Counted from the stretch's first letter, positions 1 through 14,846 are shown. The stretch: DNA of 64,000 nucleotides from Welwitschia mirabilis (GCA_051453625.1 JBOZIK010000001.1:38586724-38650723), one strand, 5' to 3'. Made by a program: numbers and translations. Notes: a model not told the origin generated them from the letters alone.

Positions 1-3000
1 ATTGATGCATGAGCTATTTCCAACACTATTTTAGTAGGTTTAATTCTCCCTCATAATCCAATCTTTTTACAAATGTGCAAAGGCATAATATTGATACTTG
101 ATCTTATGTTTATTAGAGATTTTTTAATTTTCTTATTTCCTTCTAAAATAACACCATTAATGGTTGTTCTTAGATCTTGAAACTTACGACATTTTTTAGA
201 AACTAAGTTGGAGAGAGATCGTGCAATGAATACTTTACTTGGAATTATTCTCTTTTGTTTTCTTCTTACTAAGTCCTTCCAAATTTTGTTGTTCTTGGAG
301 TTGTCTTGAAGGATCTTCTAAAAGGATAGGTTAATATTAATATCATTCGTACTTGCTTTTAAACACTCATCATAAATTAGATTATTATTTAATCTTTCTA
401 CTTAAGGGGTAGTCTTCTCCTTTAAATGTTGGTTGTTGTTGTTGGATTTAGAGTTGAGAGTAGGAGGAAATTTTAGAATTTAAATATCATCTTTTTGAAG
501 TTTTTCCTTTTCTTTATGGATAGAAGTTGAAGGTTTCTTGTGAGGAGTAGTATTATGTCCACTTCTAGTTACTAATTTCTAATCTTTCTTNNNNNNNNNN
601 NNNNNNNNNNNNNNNNNNNNNNNNNNNNNNNNNNNNNNNNNNNNNNNNNNNNNNNNNNNNNNNNNNNNNNNNNNNNNNNNNNNNNNNNNNNNNNNNNNNN
701 NNNNNNNNNNNNNNNNNNNNNNNNNNNNNNNNNNNNNNNNNNNNNNNNNNNNNNNNNNNNNNNNNNNNNNNNNNNNNNNNNNNNNNNNNNNNNNNNNNNN
801 NNNNNNNNNNNNNNNNNNNNNNNNNNNNNNNNNNNNNNNNNNNNNNNNNNNNNNNNNNNNNNNNNNNNNNNNNNNNNNNNNNNNNNNNNNNNNNNNNNNN
901 NNNNNNNNNNNNNNNNNNNNNNNNNNNNNNNNNNNNNNNNNNNNNNNNNNNNNNNNNNNNNNNNNNNNNNNNNNNNNNNNNNNNNNNNNNNNNNNNNNNN
1001 NNNNNNNNNNNNNNNNNNNNNNNNNNNNNNNNNNNNNNNNNNNNNNNNNNNNNNNNNNNNNNNNNNNNNNNNNNNNNNNNNNNNNNNNNNNNNNNNNNNN
1101 NNNNNNNNNNNNNNNNNNNNNNNNNNNNNNNNNNNNNNNNNNNNNNNNNNNNNNNNNNNNNNNNNNNNNNNNNNNNNNNNNNNNNNNNNNNNNNNNNNNN
1201 NNNNNNNNNNNNNNNNNNNNNNNNNNNNNNNNNNNNNNNNNNNNNNNNNNNNNNNNNNNNNNNNNNNNNNNNNNNNNNNNNNNNNNNNNNNNNNNNNNNN
1301 NNNNNNNNNNNNNNNNNNNNNNNNNNNNNNNNNNNNNNNNNNNNNNNNNNNNNNNNNNNNNNNNNNNNNNNAGTTTTTATTTTGATTTTCTAAGATTTTA
1401 TTAATGGTATCTTATGTCTTTTTGGGTTCCTCCATTATCTCTCTATAAGGATCATTTTTATTATAGCTAAAAAAATTGGGATGAGAGTTCTGACCTTTAT
1501 ATTTATTGTCAACTAAAGGTTGGAAAGATATTAAAGATCCATTATTTCTTGATTTATATTGTTGATTACCTTCAAAGTTGTTTAAACTTTAATTGAATGC
1601 ATAAACTACATTAAATATGGCCTCTCTACAAGTTGATAAAGCTGGGCATTCCTTGGTAGAGTGATAGTTTTCATCATATATTTCATAATGGCTGAGTTAA
1701 TTTAGACAATTTTCATTAGTTAAAGCTTTTTTGTAACTCTCCAATGTACTAGTAAGATCACTAATAAGGGTGTTAACCTTTGATTGTTCTTCTTCATGTT
1801 GCACTTTTTCCGAGTCTCTAAGCATTTCACCTATAGCTCTAGTATCTTTACATATAATTTTTGGTCAATTTTGACTTCTTTCTACAAGGTCTTCTAATAN
1901 NNNNNNNNNNNNNNNNNNNNNNNNNNNNNNNNNNNNNNNNNNNNNNNNNNNNNNNNNNNNNNNNNNNNNNNNNNNNNNNNNNNNNNNNNNNNNNNNNNNG
2001 TCAATCAAATTTTCTAAGCTTTTATTTTGATTTTCTAAGATTTCATTAGTGGTATCTTATGTCTTTTTGAGTTCCTCCATTATTTTTCTATAAGAATCAT
2101 TTTTATTATAGTTGAAAAAATTGAACTGAGATTTTTGACTTCTATATTTTTTGTCAAATGAAGATTGGAAATATTTTGAAGGTTCATTATTTCTTAGTAT
2201 ATATTGTTGGTTACCTTTAAACTTGTTTGGTATTTGATTGAATGTATAAACATCATTGAATATGGCCTTTCTACAAGTTGGTAAAGCTAGACATTCCTTA
2301 GTAGAGTGATAGCTTTCATTACATATTTTACAATGATTGAGTTGATTTAGCAATTTTGCATTAGCTAAATATTTTGTATAACTCTCTAATGTGCTAGTAA
2401 GATCACTAAGTAGGATGTTAATATTTGGTTGTTATTCTACATGTTACACTTTTGTTGAGTTTCTAAGAATTTCACCTATAGTTCTAATGTCTTTACATGT
2501 AGTTTTTGGTTAATTTTGACTTCTTTCTACAAGGTCTTCTAATAAGTTCCAAGCATTATCTAAGGTTAAATTAAGTAAATCTTTACCACATAAAAAATAT
2601 ATCATTTGTCTAGTTTGACTAGTTAATCCACTATAAAAGTGATTAATAAGTTCTTGTTTTTCAAACTCATTCACAAGGTTGAATGACATGATAATCAAGA
2701 ATCTTTCATATGTTGAGGAATAATCTTTGTGAGGGTATTGTTAAAAATTTATTACTTCTTTTCTTCTTATCCTCATAACTATATCATTCATGAGCTATTT
2801 GATAAAGACTTCTTTTACATGATTTCATAACTTAAGACTTCTATGTGGAATGGTTTTAAGCCAATTTTTTGCTTTTCCTTTCAAGGTAAATGGAAAGTTT
2901 ATTATTAGGTCCTATCTAAAATTTTATTTTTTTCATTTTCTAAAGTAAGGATTAATTGTTCAATTTTAGTTATGTGTTGGAATGGGTTTCTATTAGATTC

Positions 3001-5000
3001 TCCTAAAAAGGTAGGATAAGCATTCAAGTTTTTTAACTTTACATCATTTCCAAGGGATATGTCAAATGGGTTTTAAAATTTTCTCTTTTTATTGGCTAAA
3101 GTATCCTTTAAAGTAATATTTTAATTAGAGGATATTAACATTTTAAGTAAATATTTATTGGATGCCATAAAGGTAAGAGTATTAGGCAAAAGAGGAGAGG
3201 TGGGATTTTTAGTCAAACTTGGTTGATTTTCAGAAATTTTCAAAGACTTAAGAATATGTGAACAAAAAATAGTAAATGTAGAGTAATCATCTTGCTTAAT
3301 TAAAGAATTAAATTTTTCTTTCATACCTCGAGTTCTTGAACTCAAGTCCATTAAACCTTCTTTGATTACTTCGTCAAGAAAATGTTTTTCACAAATGTAT
3401 TTGCCTTTACTGCTATTTACTATTACCCTATAATATTAATTTATGTTAAATAAACTTATTTACGTTCAAGTGGCATCAATCTATAGGGTCACTCAAAGGT
3501 GCAAGAAGTAGAATATACCAAATGAATGTGGCAATCACTCAGATCACACGAAGCACAAAGTGTAGGCTAAGTTTGTTGCAAATAATAATTAATGTGGTAA
3601 TCCCCAAGATTATAAAAATTAAGAGGGGTAGATCTAATAATTTACTAAATTGAAATTTAAATCCTTTAAATTAAAATTACACTTTAAAGTAAAGAAATAA
3701 AAATTACAATTTATAAGAAAGGAAATTAAAGTACACTCTAAATGGATAATCAAATAATTACTTGTGGACCAAGAGGTAATCAAAAAATTGTAATGATAAT
3801 ATTTAGTAATGATAATCTTTCTTTTCTCTTAAAATGAAATTTATTTCAAACAAACAAATTGAAATGAATTTAAAATACTTACTTGAGTAATGACAATTTT
3901 CCTTTTCTCTTGAAGTATTTCCTAGCAATGATGCCAAAATGTTATGATGCATATTTATGCTTTTAATTCCAATATTTTAAAGTTTGAATTTAACTTGGAG
4001 CATCTGAAAATCTAATAATCTAATTTCATATAATACACATTTGTATATTGTGATAAACCGAAATGTCATACACTTAGATAAGACTTCTAAAAGAGAATTT
4101 GGAACATTGATTCAGAGAAATAAGAATAATATATTTTCTTTATAGAAAATAAAATTAAACAATGCAAAGAGGAAGATAGAATGCAATGCAATGTAATGAA
4201 ATGAAATAAAATATAATGAATGTAATTCTAATGTAATGACTTAATTAAACTTCCAACCTACTGTCACTTAGATTGGTCCTTATAATCTATTTTAATTATA
4301 AATTCATGTCATTTAAATTGAAATTAAGATAAACTATATGTAAGAACAATAAAACATTTGAAAATATTTTAATTCAATCAATATTTTTAATAATTAAATT
4401 AAATTACATCCACTTACGACAACAATTGCTCAATATAAGATTCACTGTCTAACACCAAGGTGATTCTTCTCATAAGTAAGATGGATCTCCTTGCCTTTAA
4501 AAATCTCCAATCATCATAATAATGTAGATGATAAAAGATGATTTTCAATAATATTTGAAAAGGTCTATTTATAGGTTAGGATAGGTCACTAAGGGATGTG
4601 AAACAAAGAGGTATAAGTTAGATCCACCCTTTTATAACAACTTAATTAATTTTACAAATCATTTTAACATCATCCACCGTGTCATCGCCACAATATAGAG
4701 GACAAAACCCCATCTACTAACTAATGCTTAGCACATGTCAAAAATGATGATTATCATTCTGATCATCATCCTCATGACTATCATCCTCTTTGTCATTTTT
4801 ATGACATGGATATAATGTCTTCATCACATTTCTTTGGTTCAACATTTTCCAAAAATGGCTTCTTGTATGAAAAATTATTGCATATTTTGATCTATATGGA
4901 ATCTTTATATAATTTGCATAAATCCTTAGAAAAACCTGTCAATAGGACCTAAAAATGTACTCCATAAGTGTACTAAATAGGTTAAGTTAGCATCACAATA
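1..5000 (-). mobile_element. Degenerate Athila-like Ty3/gypsy LTR retrotransposon: 5' LTR, PBS, gag and start of protease (continues off the window)
   Basis: Minus-strand fragments give retrotransposon-gag motifs (FYSGLTSQTRQMI..LCG..LLNLTLDNAWNLLEDL; CKICNESYHSTKEC knuckle), and a protease-like SINIMP lies near 80-110. PBS (rc TGGCATCATTGCTAGGAA, decayed TGGCGCCGTTGCCGGGGA) is at 3919-3936, next to an LTR starting TGTTATGATGC at 3940 and ending GCATCACAATA near 5000. Confidence 0.8.
3940..5000 (-). repeat. 5' LTR of Athila-like element (~1.06 kb)
   Basis: Inverted termini TGTTATGATGC...GCATCACAATA, adjacent PBS, and local similarity to the LTRs at 51978 and 56317 (e.g. acatccactta, ctaacaccaagg, tatttatagg). 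Confidence 0.7.
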
Positions 5001-5009
5001 ATGGTACCT

Positions 5010-5520
5010 TAGAAATTGGTTGGATTCCTAAGATCAATTTAATGCAAAACTCAACTTCCCAAAGTGGTGGCATTTCTAGGAATTCTATTGCAAATACATC
5101 AATATATTCTTAGACTATTGATTTATTATTTACTAAATTTTCTCCTTTCTTTAAGCTATTTGATTTTAGGTATAGCATAAAAACTAGTGATCCCCTCTTA
5201 ATTTATCTTTTTATATGCTTTGCATTAATTAAATTCTCCACTATCCATGCTTTATCATTTCTACTTTTCATAATTTATAAGTTCTCTATTCTATATTAAT
5301 AAATTCATACTCAAAATAATGTTGTTCTTTCCTAAGTTAATAGAAATTGATTAGATCTAAAAATATCCCTCACTTATAAATAATGTATAGTTTTGTACTT
5401 ACTAATTAACTTTGGACATGGATCCATTTACTAACTTTATAATCTTTCAATTAGAGTCTAATATAACTTTTCTCTTATAATAATTTTAGGAGATATAAAG
5501 TAATGTATTTCTTCATAATA
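5010..5520 (+). mobile_element. Highly decayed LINE reverse transcriptase fragment
   Basis: Motif remnants in LINE RT order: LNFPKWW; IKTSDPLLIYLF (cf. GIRQGDPLSPYLF); KNIPHL (cf. SHLLFADD). Confidence 0.4.
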
Positions 5521-5539
5521 AAATAAAATAATTACTACA

Positions 5540-6612
5540 TTATTATAAAGTAAAGCCTTACCTGCTGTGACAAAGCTTTGAAATTGCATCCCTTGATTAT
5601 CTATTACTATTTGAAGTTATTCGATTAATTAAGGAATACTATTTGATCCTTGACGATTTTTTTTGTTATTGTTTAAGAAGGTCTCTATTATGTAACAGAA
5701 ATTCTCTTACATTATGATTTCCTTTAAAATAGTAGCATTAATATCCATTATACTAGTTTTAGTACTTATAGTAACTAAGCATTTTCTGGATGATAGATCT
5801 TTGAGTTTGATTACTTGCATAGCTTTAATTAAAAACATTCTAGTTTCTTTTGTATGAAGTCTCCTTTGACTAATTAAAATTTCTCTTTTTGCTATTACTG
5901 ATATTAACAGTATTTTTACTAAAATGCCAATTCTTATTTTGATAAGACATTTGTAATAAATTTTCCTTAAGTATATTCTTACATGGAGGAATTTTTTTTC
6001 TTAATTTCTTATTATCTCTACTAGTTTTAATTTGCTATCTTTGCCTTTTTTGTATCCTCTTCTAGACTCTTAAGTTAAAACATGAATACCTTGGTAGCAA
6101 CAAAATGAGGAAGACTATCAATAAAGAAATTTTACTTTAGCTTCTTCATCTAGATGTATATGTGACATATATCTTAATAATTATAAAAATTTCCACTCAT
6201 GAGATGCTATGGGCATAGTCTGGGCTTGTCTTAGATTGTAGATTTTTACAAACTTTTGGTAAATATAGAACTTGATAATGTACCTCTCCTTAAAGATGTA
6301 CTCAAATTTCCTTCATAAAAGTTTTAGATCTTCTAACTTGGTCATTTCCATTTTCCATCATAAATTAGCTTCTCTTTGTAACACATAAATAGCTAAAGAA
6401 GCCTTTTCATATTTATCATATCCTAAAGTACCTATAACCTTTCAACATTACTCAGCCATGATTTTGCTTTAGAAGGATCTAAATCTATTAAAAACTTTAG
6501 TGGATTTAGCTTAATAAACATTTGAATTAATTTCCTCAAACCCACTTTCTTGGTTTGATTGATATCATTGTTTACATATGAGTTTTAACCTTGATTTACT
6601 ATTTGTAATAAG
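5540..6612 (-). mobile_element. Decayed Ty1/copia RT-RNase H fragment
   Basis: Minus-strand remnants: SKAKSWL (cf. YKARLVA), IYNLRQAQ (cf. LYGLKQAP), VTISTKTS (cf. VALSTTEAEY), IDNQG (cf. CDNQSAI). Confidence 0.45.
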
Positions 6613-7204
6613 NNNNNNNNNNNNNNNNNNNNNNNNNNNNNNNNNNNNNNNNNNNNNNNNNNNNNNNNNNNNNNNNNNNNNNNNNNNNNNNNNNNNNNNN
6701 NNNNNNNNNNNNNNNNNNNNNNNNNNNNNNNNNNNNNNNNNNNNNNNNNNNNNNNNNNNNNNNNNNNNNNNNNNNNNNNNNNNNNNNNNNNNNNNNNNNN
6801 NNNNNNNNNNNNNNNNNNNNNNNNNNNNNNNNNNNNNNNNNNNNNNNNNNNNNNNNNNNNNNNNNNNNNNNNNNNNNNNNNNNNNNNNNNNNNNNNNNNN
6901 NNNNNNNNNNNNNNNNNNNNNNNNNNNNNNNNNNNNNNNNNNNNNNNNNNNNNNNNNNNNNNNNNNNNNNNNNNNNNNNNNNNNNNNNNNNNNNNNNNNN
7001 NNNNNNNNNNNNNNNNNNNNNNNNNNNNNNNNNNNNNNNNNNNNNNNNNNNNNNNNNNNNNNNNNNNNNNNNNNNNNNNNNNNNNNNNNNNNNNNNNNNN
7101 NNNNNNNNNNNNNNNNNNNNNNNNNNNNNNNNNNNNNNNNNNNNNNNNNNNNNNNNNNNNNNNNNNNNNNNNNNNNNNNNNNNNNNNNNNNNNNNNNNNN
7201 NNNN

Positions 7205-10200
7205 NTATTAATTCTTTTGATGTTGATTGCTTGATGTAACTAATCTAAACTTAATATTTAACTAACAATGATGAGGCGTTTAAAAGAAGGGGGAATTTTG
7301 ATGAGATTACATTTGAAAATAAGATAGATATTATTAAATGTTAAACTTAGAAATATATTTATAATTTTAAGAAGGATATGGTTATTATTATAAGGTAACG
7401 GCTACTTATTTACATCTTAAACTATATAATCAAGTTTATCCCATTTATTTATTTTCAATAGATAAGGTTTATAAGTTATGAATATGGGTTTTGATTTTAA
7501 AGTTATGTGATCATATAATTTAGCATGAATAACTTGATTGGAGATTTGATTATTTCCAATGATATCTAATTAAAGGTATTATTTATATATTTATATTTCT
7601 TGTAAAAGATTAAACTCTTTAAAGAATCATATAACATCATTGTCCTAAATTCTTAAGATAATTTTAATTTTTCTAAGTGATTATTATCTATATCTATAAT
7701 GGAATAGAATCTTTAATGACTCAAATTCATCATCCTTTTTAGTTTTTTTAGGGATTTAGAATTATCATAAATATGTTTAGCATAATGATCATCTAGGGAT
7801 TGGGGTTATAATTAAACTTATGAATACTTTGGTAACTATGCCAAATATAATTAACTTCTAGGATTACTAAGATGCCAAGATTATCATTAGTATAATCTTT
7901 ATGATTATTGGGATTAATGTAAATGTAATTTGATATATATTTAGGAAGTGAAAAAATTATAGGTATAATGAAATTGAGGGCTATTAGGAGATAGGATTAA
8001 ATTCATGCTTTTCCAGGAGTCAGGGTTATCTTGAAATCTAGTATTATTAAGAATATAATTTATTTTACTCATGGTTTAATATTATTAGGGATATAACTAA
8101 CTTTATAACTATTAGGAAATAAGGTTATTATAGTTAAAAGTAACTTTATGATTATTAAGAATACAACTTATTAAAAATTAATTGGATTTATATTCTTATA
8201 AATTTATAAGTACTTAACATAAGTATTATTTAAGCCAACTTAGAGCTCTAATACCAATTTGTAACACCCTCTATTCACTTATCCTAATTAAGTATTATTT
8301 TTCCCTTTTTCTCTTGCTTCCTTTTTTAATATTATTATCTAATAGACACAGTGGAACTTAAAATTAGATTTTACTTATTCCTTTATTATAATTTCTATAT
8401 TTGAAGAAAAACAAATCATATTAAAATTATATATTTAGCTATAATCACTTTCTAAATTATTTTAGTTTATAAACAATAATGATGTCATAATTTTGTGTCC
8501 TCCATTTCTTCCTAGTTTTTTATCACATAAAGGATACTTTATGAATAGTTTAGGAGATGTAAACTTATTAAAAACATATATAAATAAGTTTAAGGATAAT
8601 ACCTAACCAATATAATAGGAGGTTACAACTCTAATTAATGGCATTCCAACTTGATATCTAGCCACCCGTTAGATGTGGGTCAGTTCTACTTTAGTTTCTA
8701 AGCTATGTAAGCATGGTTGGGCTCAACTCCACAGCCTTTCACTTCGCCTCGATATAGCAGACAAGGAAGTTGGTCATAGTAGGTTATAAGAGAAGTAGGT
8801 AGCATAACATAGCATTAGGTAGATTTTAACGTGATTGAGCTCTATGCCTTATGCACATATCTACTTTAATAAAGGTGACAAGAGGTACATGAGATAGATG
8901 CATGCTTACAAATGACCCCTGCTTCCTTGAAGCATCTTCGGATAGTATAACATGATCCACTAATGTGAAGGGCTTAAGATATTAAGGTGGAGTAAGTTTA
9001 CACATGGGTAGAAAATGAGAGTGGTGATCAAATTCATTTCCAAAATGGTATTATAAAAAGCATACAATGCAAACTACCTTGGTGATGAAATCTAAGTATG
9101 GATATGAACATTATTAAAATTATCTTGATTTAGTCTTGTTTAGTGAATACACCACATAAACGATTGGATACCATTCTAACTAATGTGAATATTTAATATA
9201 TTATTTACTTATTTATAATTATTCTAATCATTATTAAATTCATTTTATATAAACAACTAAAAAAACAAGCATGTAGGAACATCTCTAAATTCAATATTAC
9301 AATAATAAAAATTTAGATAAAGGAAATATTGTTTCTTTTCTATATAAATAAATGAAATATTATTTTATTTTTTAATAATAATAAAAATATTTAAAATGTA
9401 TCAAATTACATATTAACAATGTACTTAAAGAAACTAAAATATACCTAGAGCTTTGCCAATCCTAGAAACATCTTTCCATACTCATTTGACAATCTCCATG
9501 GATTGGTACAAAGGTAAACAAAAGAATGTATACCTCAAGCATAGTTATTAAAACATAAATCTTTATCCAAGATTCATATGACTATATTATAATTTAATAA
9601 GAAAAGTAATAAGCTACAAACTATTTATGTTACTTAAACTACTAAGATGGAAACTCTTACAAGCATACACATTCAAAGTAAGATAAAGGTAAAAGAAGTA
9701 TTTCTAGAAATAAAATACTATTTATATGTAATTTAACTTAAAATTACTAATATAAATATATTTTATATACTCAAATTACCTATAAAATTTCATTTAATAA
9801 TTTTTCTATAATTTAAAACAGTAATTGTAACATTTGTGGACTTTAAGGAGACATCATAGTCAAAAATTAGTAATTAATTAATTATGAAGCAAAAAATAAA
9901 TTATAGTAGTTTTTCATAATTTAGAAATAGAATAGGATACTCAAAATCTAACTTATACTATCTTTGACTTCTAAAATTATTATTTCTAAGGTTATCATTC
10001 AAGATTAAAAACTATCAAATTTGCTAAAATCACAGTCCTACTACTCTAGATTAAAAATGACGATAACTTTTAAAATACTTTGAGTTTTTAAATGATTCAA
10101 GATGTTTTAGAAATATTATTTAATTTCTTACAACTGAAGATGCTTAAGTTTGTAGAAATTTTAATAGACAGTTACAGCTTACTATTTTCTACATTTATTT

Positions 10201-11300
10201 TCTAAAATATTTTAACAAATAATTTTTTTAAAAAATAATTGCCTATTAGAAAAATTACCTTTTTTACATTTTGAAATTCATGACATAATCTTAAACTTAC
10301 AAAAAAAAATTTACTAATTTATACCTACTAATTAATAAACTATGATGTTTTTAATCCATGCCTCTATTTTGAAAATTTTTTTTTTGCCATAACAAAAATA
10401 TGAAAAAGTTTCTACAACTAGTTAGGTAATAAATTAGATCAATAAAATAATAGATATACTAATTAATTACTTACAAAATATTTTAACTAAGTACTAATTC
10501 TAATTATTGTAGAAAGAAAAATAAATCAATTCGAAAAAAAATAATTTACTATAAGCCTTAGGATTTCAATGAAAGAGTACTAGCCTAAAGAGATTTTTTA
10601 GGATTAGAATTTTTTCCTAATAAGATAGATCTAATGTATAATAGATAAATTTATAATATTAAAATAAACATGGATACCTAAATTTCTTTTCCCCCCACTT
10701 TATAGTAAACCCCCTGATCACTTAATCATAATCATTCATTAATAACCTCCATCACCAAGCACAAGAGACCCCTCATATCTCCCCAGTGTCTTGGTAATAA
10801 CCAATAGGAGGAAATAATATTTTATAAAATAATTGAATAAAAATCATAAAAAATTCCCTAGTGCAATATCATTCCCCTATAATCTTAAAAAGAGAGCATA
10901 TAGACAATAAGAGTAAAGAGCTGACTTAGAAAGATTAGTAAGTCCTTGATAGTTGAATATTAATGAAGATACAAGCTCAAGAGTTTCTTAGCTCTAAGCT
11001 TTTAATCTCTAAGATCCATAAGAAAGAGAATGGAAAAAGAGAGAGGAAAGCATTAAATGCACTTGTATGAAAAAACATAAAAAGTATCTCCTTTTACAAG
11101 AGAGGAAAGGATCTCTATATATAGATAAACAAAGGCACATAGCTCAAGATCATATGATTTAGAATTAATAAGTGGGATGAGTAATAAGTGATATTGGAGT
11201 ACAAAATGAGATCATATTTATGACTTGTGCATCTAACTAGGTTGAGTAATCTTTTTACTTTAATTAGCAATATTAATTACATCCATCATAGGGACAATAG
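7205..11300 (-). mobile_element. Tekay/Del-like (chromovirus) Ty3/gypsy remnant: long LTR, PBS and decayed internal region
   Basis: GCTCTAATACCA (rc of tRNA-Met PBS TGGTATCAGAGC) at 8245-8256 is followed by TGTAACACCC at 8260, the typical Del/Tekay junction. 9800-11000 is homologous (inverted) to 31700-33050. Outer limits are approximate. Confidence 0.55.
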
Positions 11301-11349
11301 GCCTTTCTATCTTATCACTTTTTATCCTATCAATTCACCTATATATGTA

Positions 11350-13691
11350 AAAAGTGAGGCATATAAACCTATGAATACTAGGATCATCTATGCAATATCT
11401 GATAGTGAGTGGTTTAGCTCTTTAATATTAGTTCAAAAAAAGTGTGGGAAATGGAGAATGTGCATGCTTTTAAAAATCTTAATAAGGTTACTAAAAGAGA
11501 TCATTGTGCTTTACTCTTTCTTGATTAAGTATTTGATAGAATCTAAGGTTATGCTTGCTATTAATTTTTCAATGGATACCCTTTGGAATCTTTGCCTTTA
11601 AATGAACGGCTTTTAGACTTTGCAATGCCTTGAAACTTTTTAATGAGCAATGATGAAAATCATTTCTAACATGATAGAGGATTCTATTGAAATTTTTATG
11701 GATGACTTCTCCATATTTGATGAAACTTTTGAATAAATCATAGAAAGATTAGAGAAAGTCTTCAATAAATATATAGAAAGTGATCTACATTTGAGCTGGG
11801 AAAAAGGTTTTCTCCTTGTCAACAATGGAATTATTTTATATCATTACATTTCTAAGGAAGGAATTAAGATGGATGCTACAAAAGTTGGTATCATTAAAAA
11901 CCTTAGACCTTTAACCAATGTCAAACAAATTACATCATTTCTTAATCATGTTAATTTATATCATTATTTTATTTATAATTATGCTAAGGTTTATAAACAT
12001 CTTCATTCATTACTTGAAAAAGATGATAAATTTAATTGGAATCATTCATCTCAACTTGCATTTAATACACTTAAGGATAACATTTCTTTTAAGACTATTA
12101 TCATGGATCCCAATTGGACTAAAGAGTTTGAACACGTGTGATCTAAGCAACATTGTTATGGATGGGATTCTTGGCTAAAAATGTGAAAATAGTTTTAAAT
12201 TTATATCCTATCTTAGTAAAACTTTGTCGAAAGCCCAATCCAACTACACTACTACTGAAAGGGAATGCTTGCCATCATCTTTTGCCTTGATCATCTTTGA
12301 CAGTATCTTCTTGGTTTCCACATTCAATGTTTACATAGATCATGTAGCCATATGCTATCGTATGACTAATAAATATTCTAGTACTAGACTTATTAGGTGG
12401 ATCCTTCTCATGCAAGAATTTAATATCACTATTATCGATAAGGCTGAAAAACATAATAGCATTGTAGATCACCTATCTCGACTTTCTTGTTCTCGTGATG
12501 AACTTTTCATAAATAACTCCTTTCCAGATGAATAACTATTTATTGTTGAATAAATTTATGTCATCTCTTCTACTCATCCCACTCCTTACTATGCTGATAT
12601 TGTGAACTACCTTCTTACCATAAAAACACCTCAACATTGGAATCATAACCAATGTAAAATTCTCTCTATAGGATCGGTGACTATGAGTGGAATGAATCCC
12701 ATATTTATAAAAGATGTAAAGACCAAATCATGTTTAAATGTATGCCTAAATGAAAAGTTTAGAGATCCTTAACCTTTTCCATGATGGGGTATGTAGGGAA
12801 TACTTAGTCACCAAAAGACTGTAATAAAAATTCTTTACTTTAGTTTTTATTAGTCTATCCCTTTTAAAGATTCGTTTGAATTTGCTAAAAGGTGTGATGC
12901 TTGTTAATGTTATGGTAGCCTAACTAATTCTTAAGTATATCTCTTAAACCTATGCTTGAATGTGAGCCTTTTGATTGTTAGGAGCTTGACTTTATAGGAC
13001 CTATCAAACCACCTTCACATGATAAAAATTACTTCCTAGTGGCCGTTAATTATGTTACTAAGTGGGTCAAAGCTATTCTTTCTACCAAGAATGATGCTTG
13101 AACTATTTGCAATTTTGTCTAAACTCATATCTTTCAATAGTTTGATTTTCCTAGAATGATCATTAGTGATCAAGAAACTCATTTTATTAATCACCTTTTT
13201 TTGAAAACTTCTTTTATCCATTGGCATTAAACATAGAATTGCATGTTCTTATCATCCTCAAACTAATGGCCAAGCCAAAAATGCAAATAGAGAAGTTAAA
13301 AAATGCTCTAAAAATTAGCCTCTATTAATAAGAAGACTTATTTCTCTAAACTTAATGATGTTCTTTGTGCTTATCGTACTACTTGACACAACTCTCTTAG
13401 TTTCTTACCATATGAACTTGTGTACAGAAAATTTTGTATCTTACTAGTTGATGTTTGCTATAACTCTCATCAATTCAACCATTAACTTAACCTTGTAAAC
13501 TTAGATAAAAATATTAAAAATCAATTACCCTAACTTGATTGTTTAGATGAAAAGCATACTTATGCCATACATCATCAACTCATTCATAAAGTCTAAGCCA
13601 ATTTCCAATATGATAAAAAGATTCTCTATAAGTAATTTAAACTTGGTCAACTTGTCCTTTTATATAATATCCAAGTATAACATTTACACAA
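11350..13691 (+). pseudogene. Athila-type Ty3/gypsy pol (RT, RNase H, integrase), frameshifted; 5' part
   Basis: IIYAISDSEWFS..VQKK.GKWRMC; IEIFMDDFSIF; LSWEK; AQSNYTTTERE; RLIRWILLMQEF; DHLSRL; LVAVNYVTKWV; YHPQTNGQA; GQLVLLYN. Confidence 0.9.
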
Positions 13692-14846
13692 TTTAAGTAT
13701 AAGGTTTTAATAATGCCAATAAATGTAAAAATCAAGTAATAAAATGATAATGGTTCATCATAGTTATGTTAAGAAGCTAGTCTTTTCATGCAGATGTCCC
13801 CACTCAAAACAGAGTAGAGGTCCCCTCTATTTAAGAATAAAATGTATCTATGATAGGTCTCAGGCCCAGAAGTCTCCACTCAAATAGGGTAGATATCCCC
13901 TCTACCTATAGGAAACATGATTAACAGTTCTCAAGTATAGAGGTCCCCACTTCAAAACAGCTTGGATGTTCCCCTTTTATCTAGATTTTTCCTAGTCTAC
14001 AACTGTGGTAGATGCAGACGTTCACCTCTTTTCGGGATGGACTTTTCCATACTCCTAATATCATAGATGTATATACTACTTTGAGGGAAAACGTATGCCT
14101 CCTACAAGTGAGGACGTCCTCAATTCTAAAGGCGGACATCCTCCCTTTGAACTGTTGGAAAAACAGTCTTCTTTAGGTGAATGTATTGTGGTTTTCCATG
14201 GCTATTATCTTTTGGCATGTCATTCAATCACATTAAAAATGTGAATTTCATTAGGGTATTAAATTATCATGTATTAGAATCATCATTTAGGGTTTTCGTT
14301 TAATAGCTATTTTCCCCTTCTCTTTAAAATGGAAAAAACCAGCTTTGTTAGCATAAGGAAAATACAAATGCATATATGATTTTGTGAAGTGAAATAGAAC
14401 CAATATTTGATGATCTATGTGTAATTGGTGATCCTATCTTGGGTATTCATTTGGATTAGATCATACACTATGACATCTATGCTTGAGGCACAACTTTTTC
14501 CCCCTTCTATTCTTTCTGTGGTTAAGTCTGAGTCATCACTGTTATGTGGGAGGTTGATGATAAGACTAGAAAATCATGACTATTGTATAAGGGGTTGATG
14601 ATCAGCAAATAAATCATCAGTTCAAGAATGATAAGAGAACCAAGAAAGATGACATCTTATCTCTCCTTGCAGATTAGAGTAGGTACATCACTAAACCACT
14701 GTAAATCTTATAGACTAATTATTTTTCTATTTTGCTCTTTTTTTTAGATTTAATTTTTATTTGTAAAGCTAATTAATTTTATTTAATAATTAATTTTTGA
14801 ATTTGAAATTAATCATTATTCCTACTCACCCCCCTTAGCAATTTAA
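13692..14846 (+). repeat. 5' LTR of outer Sirevirus
   Basis: Colinear with 27907-28060 plus 46410-47453. Has repeated GATGTCCCCACTCAAA / GGACGTCC palindromic motifs and ends with the Sirevirus-like TCACCCCCCT tract before the PBS. Confidence 0.9.
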
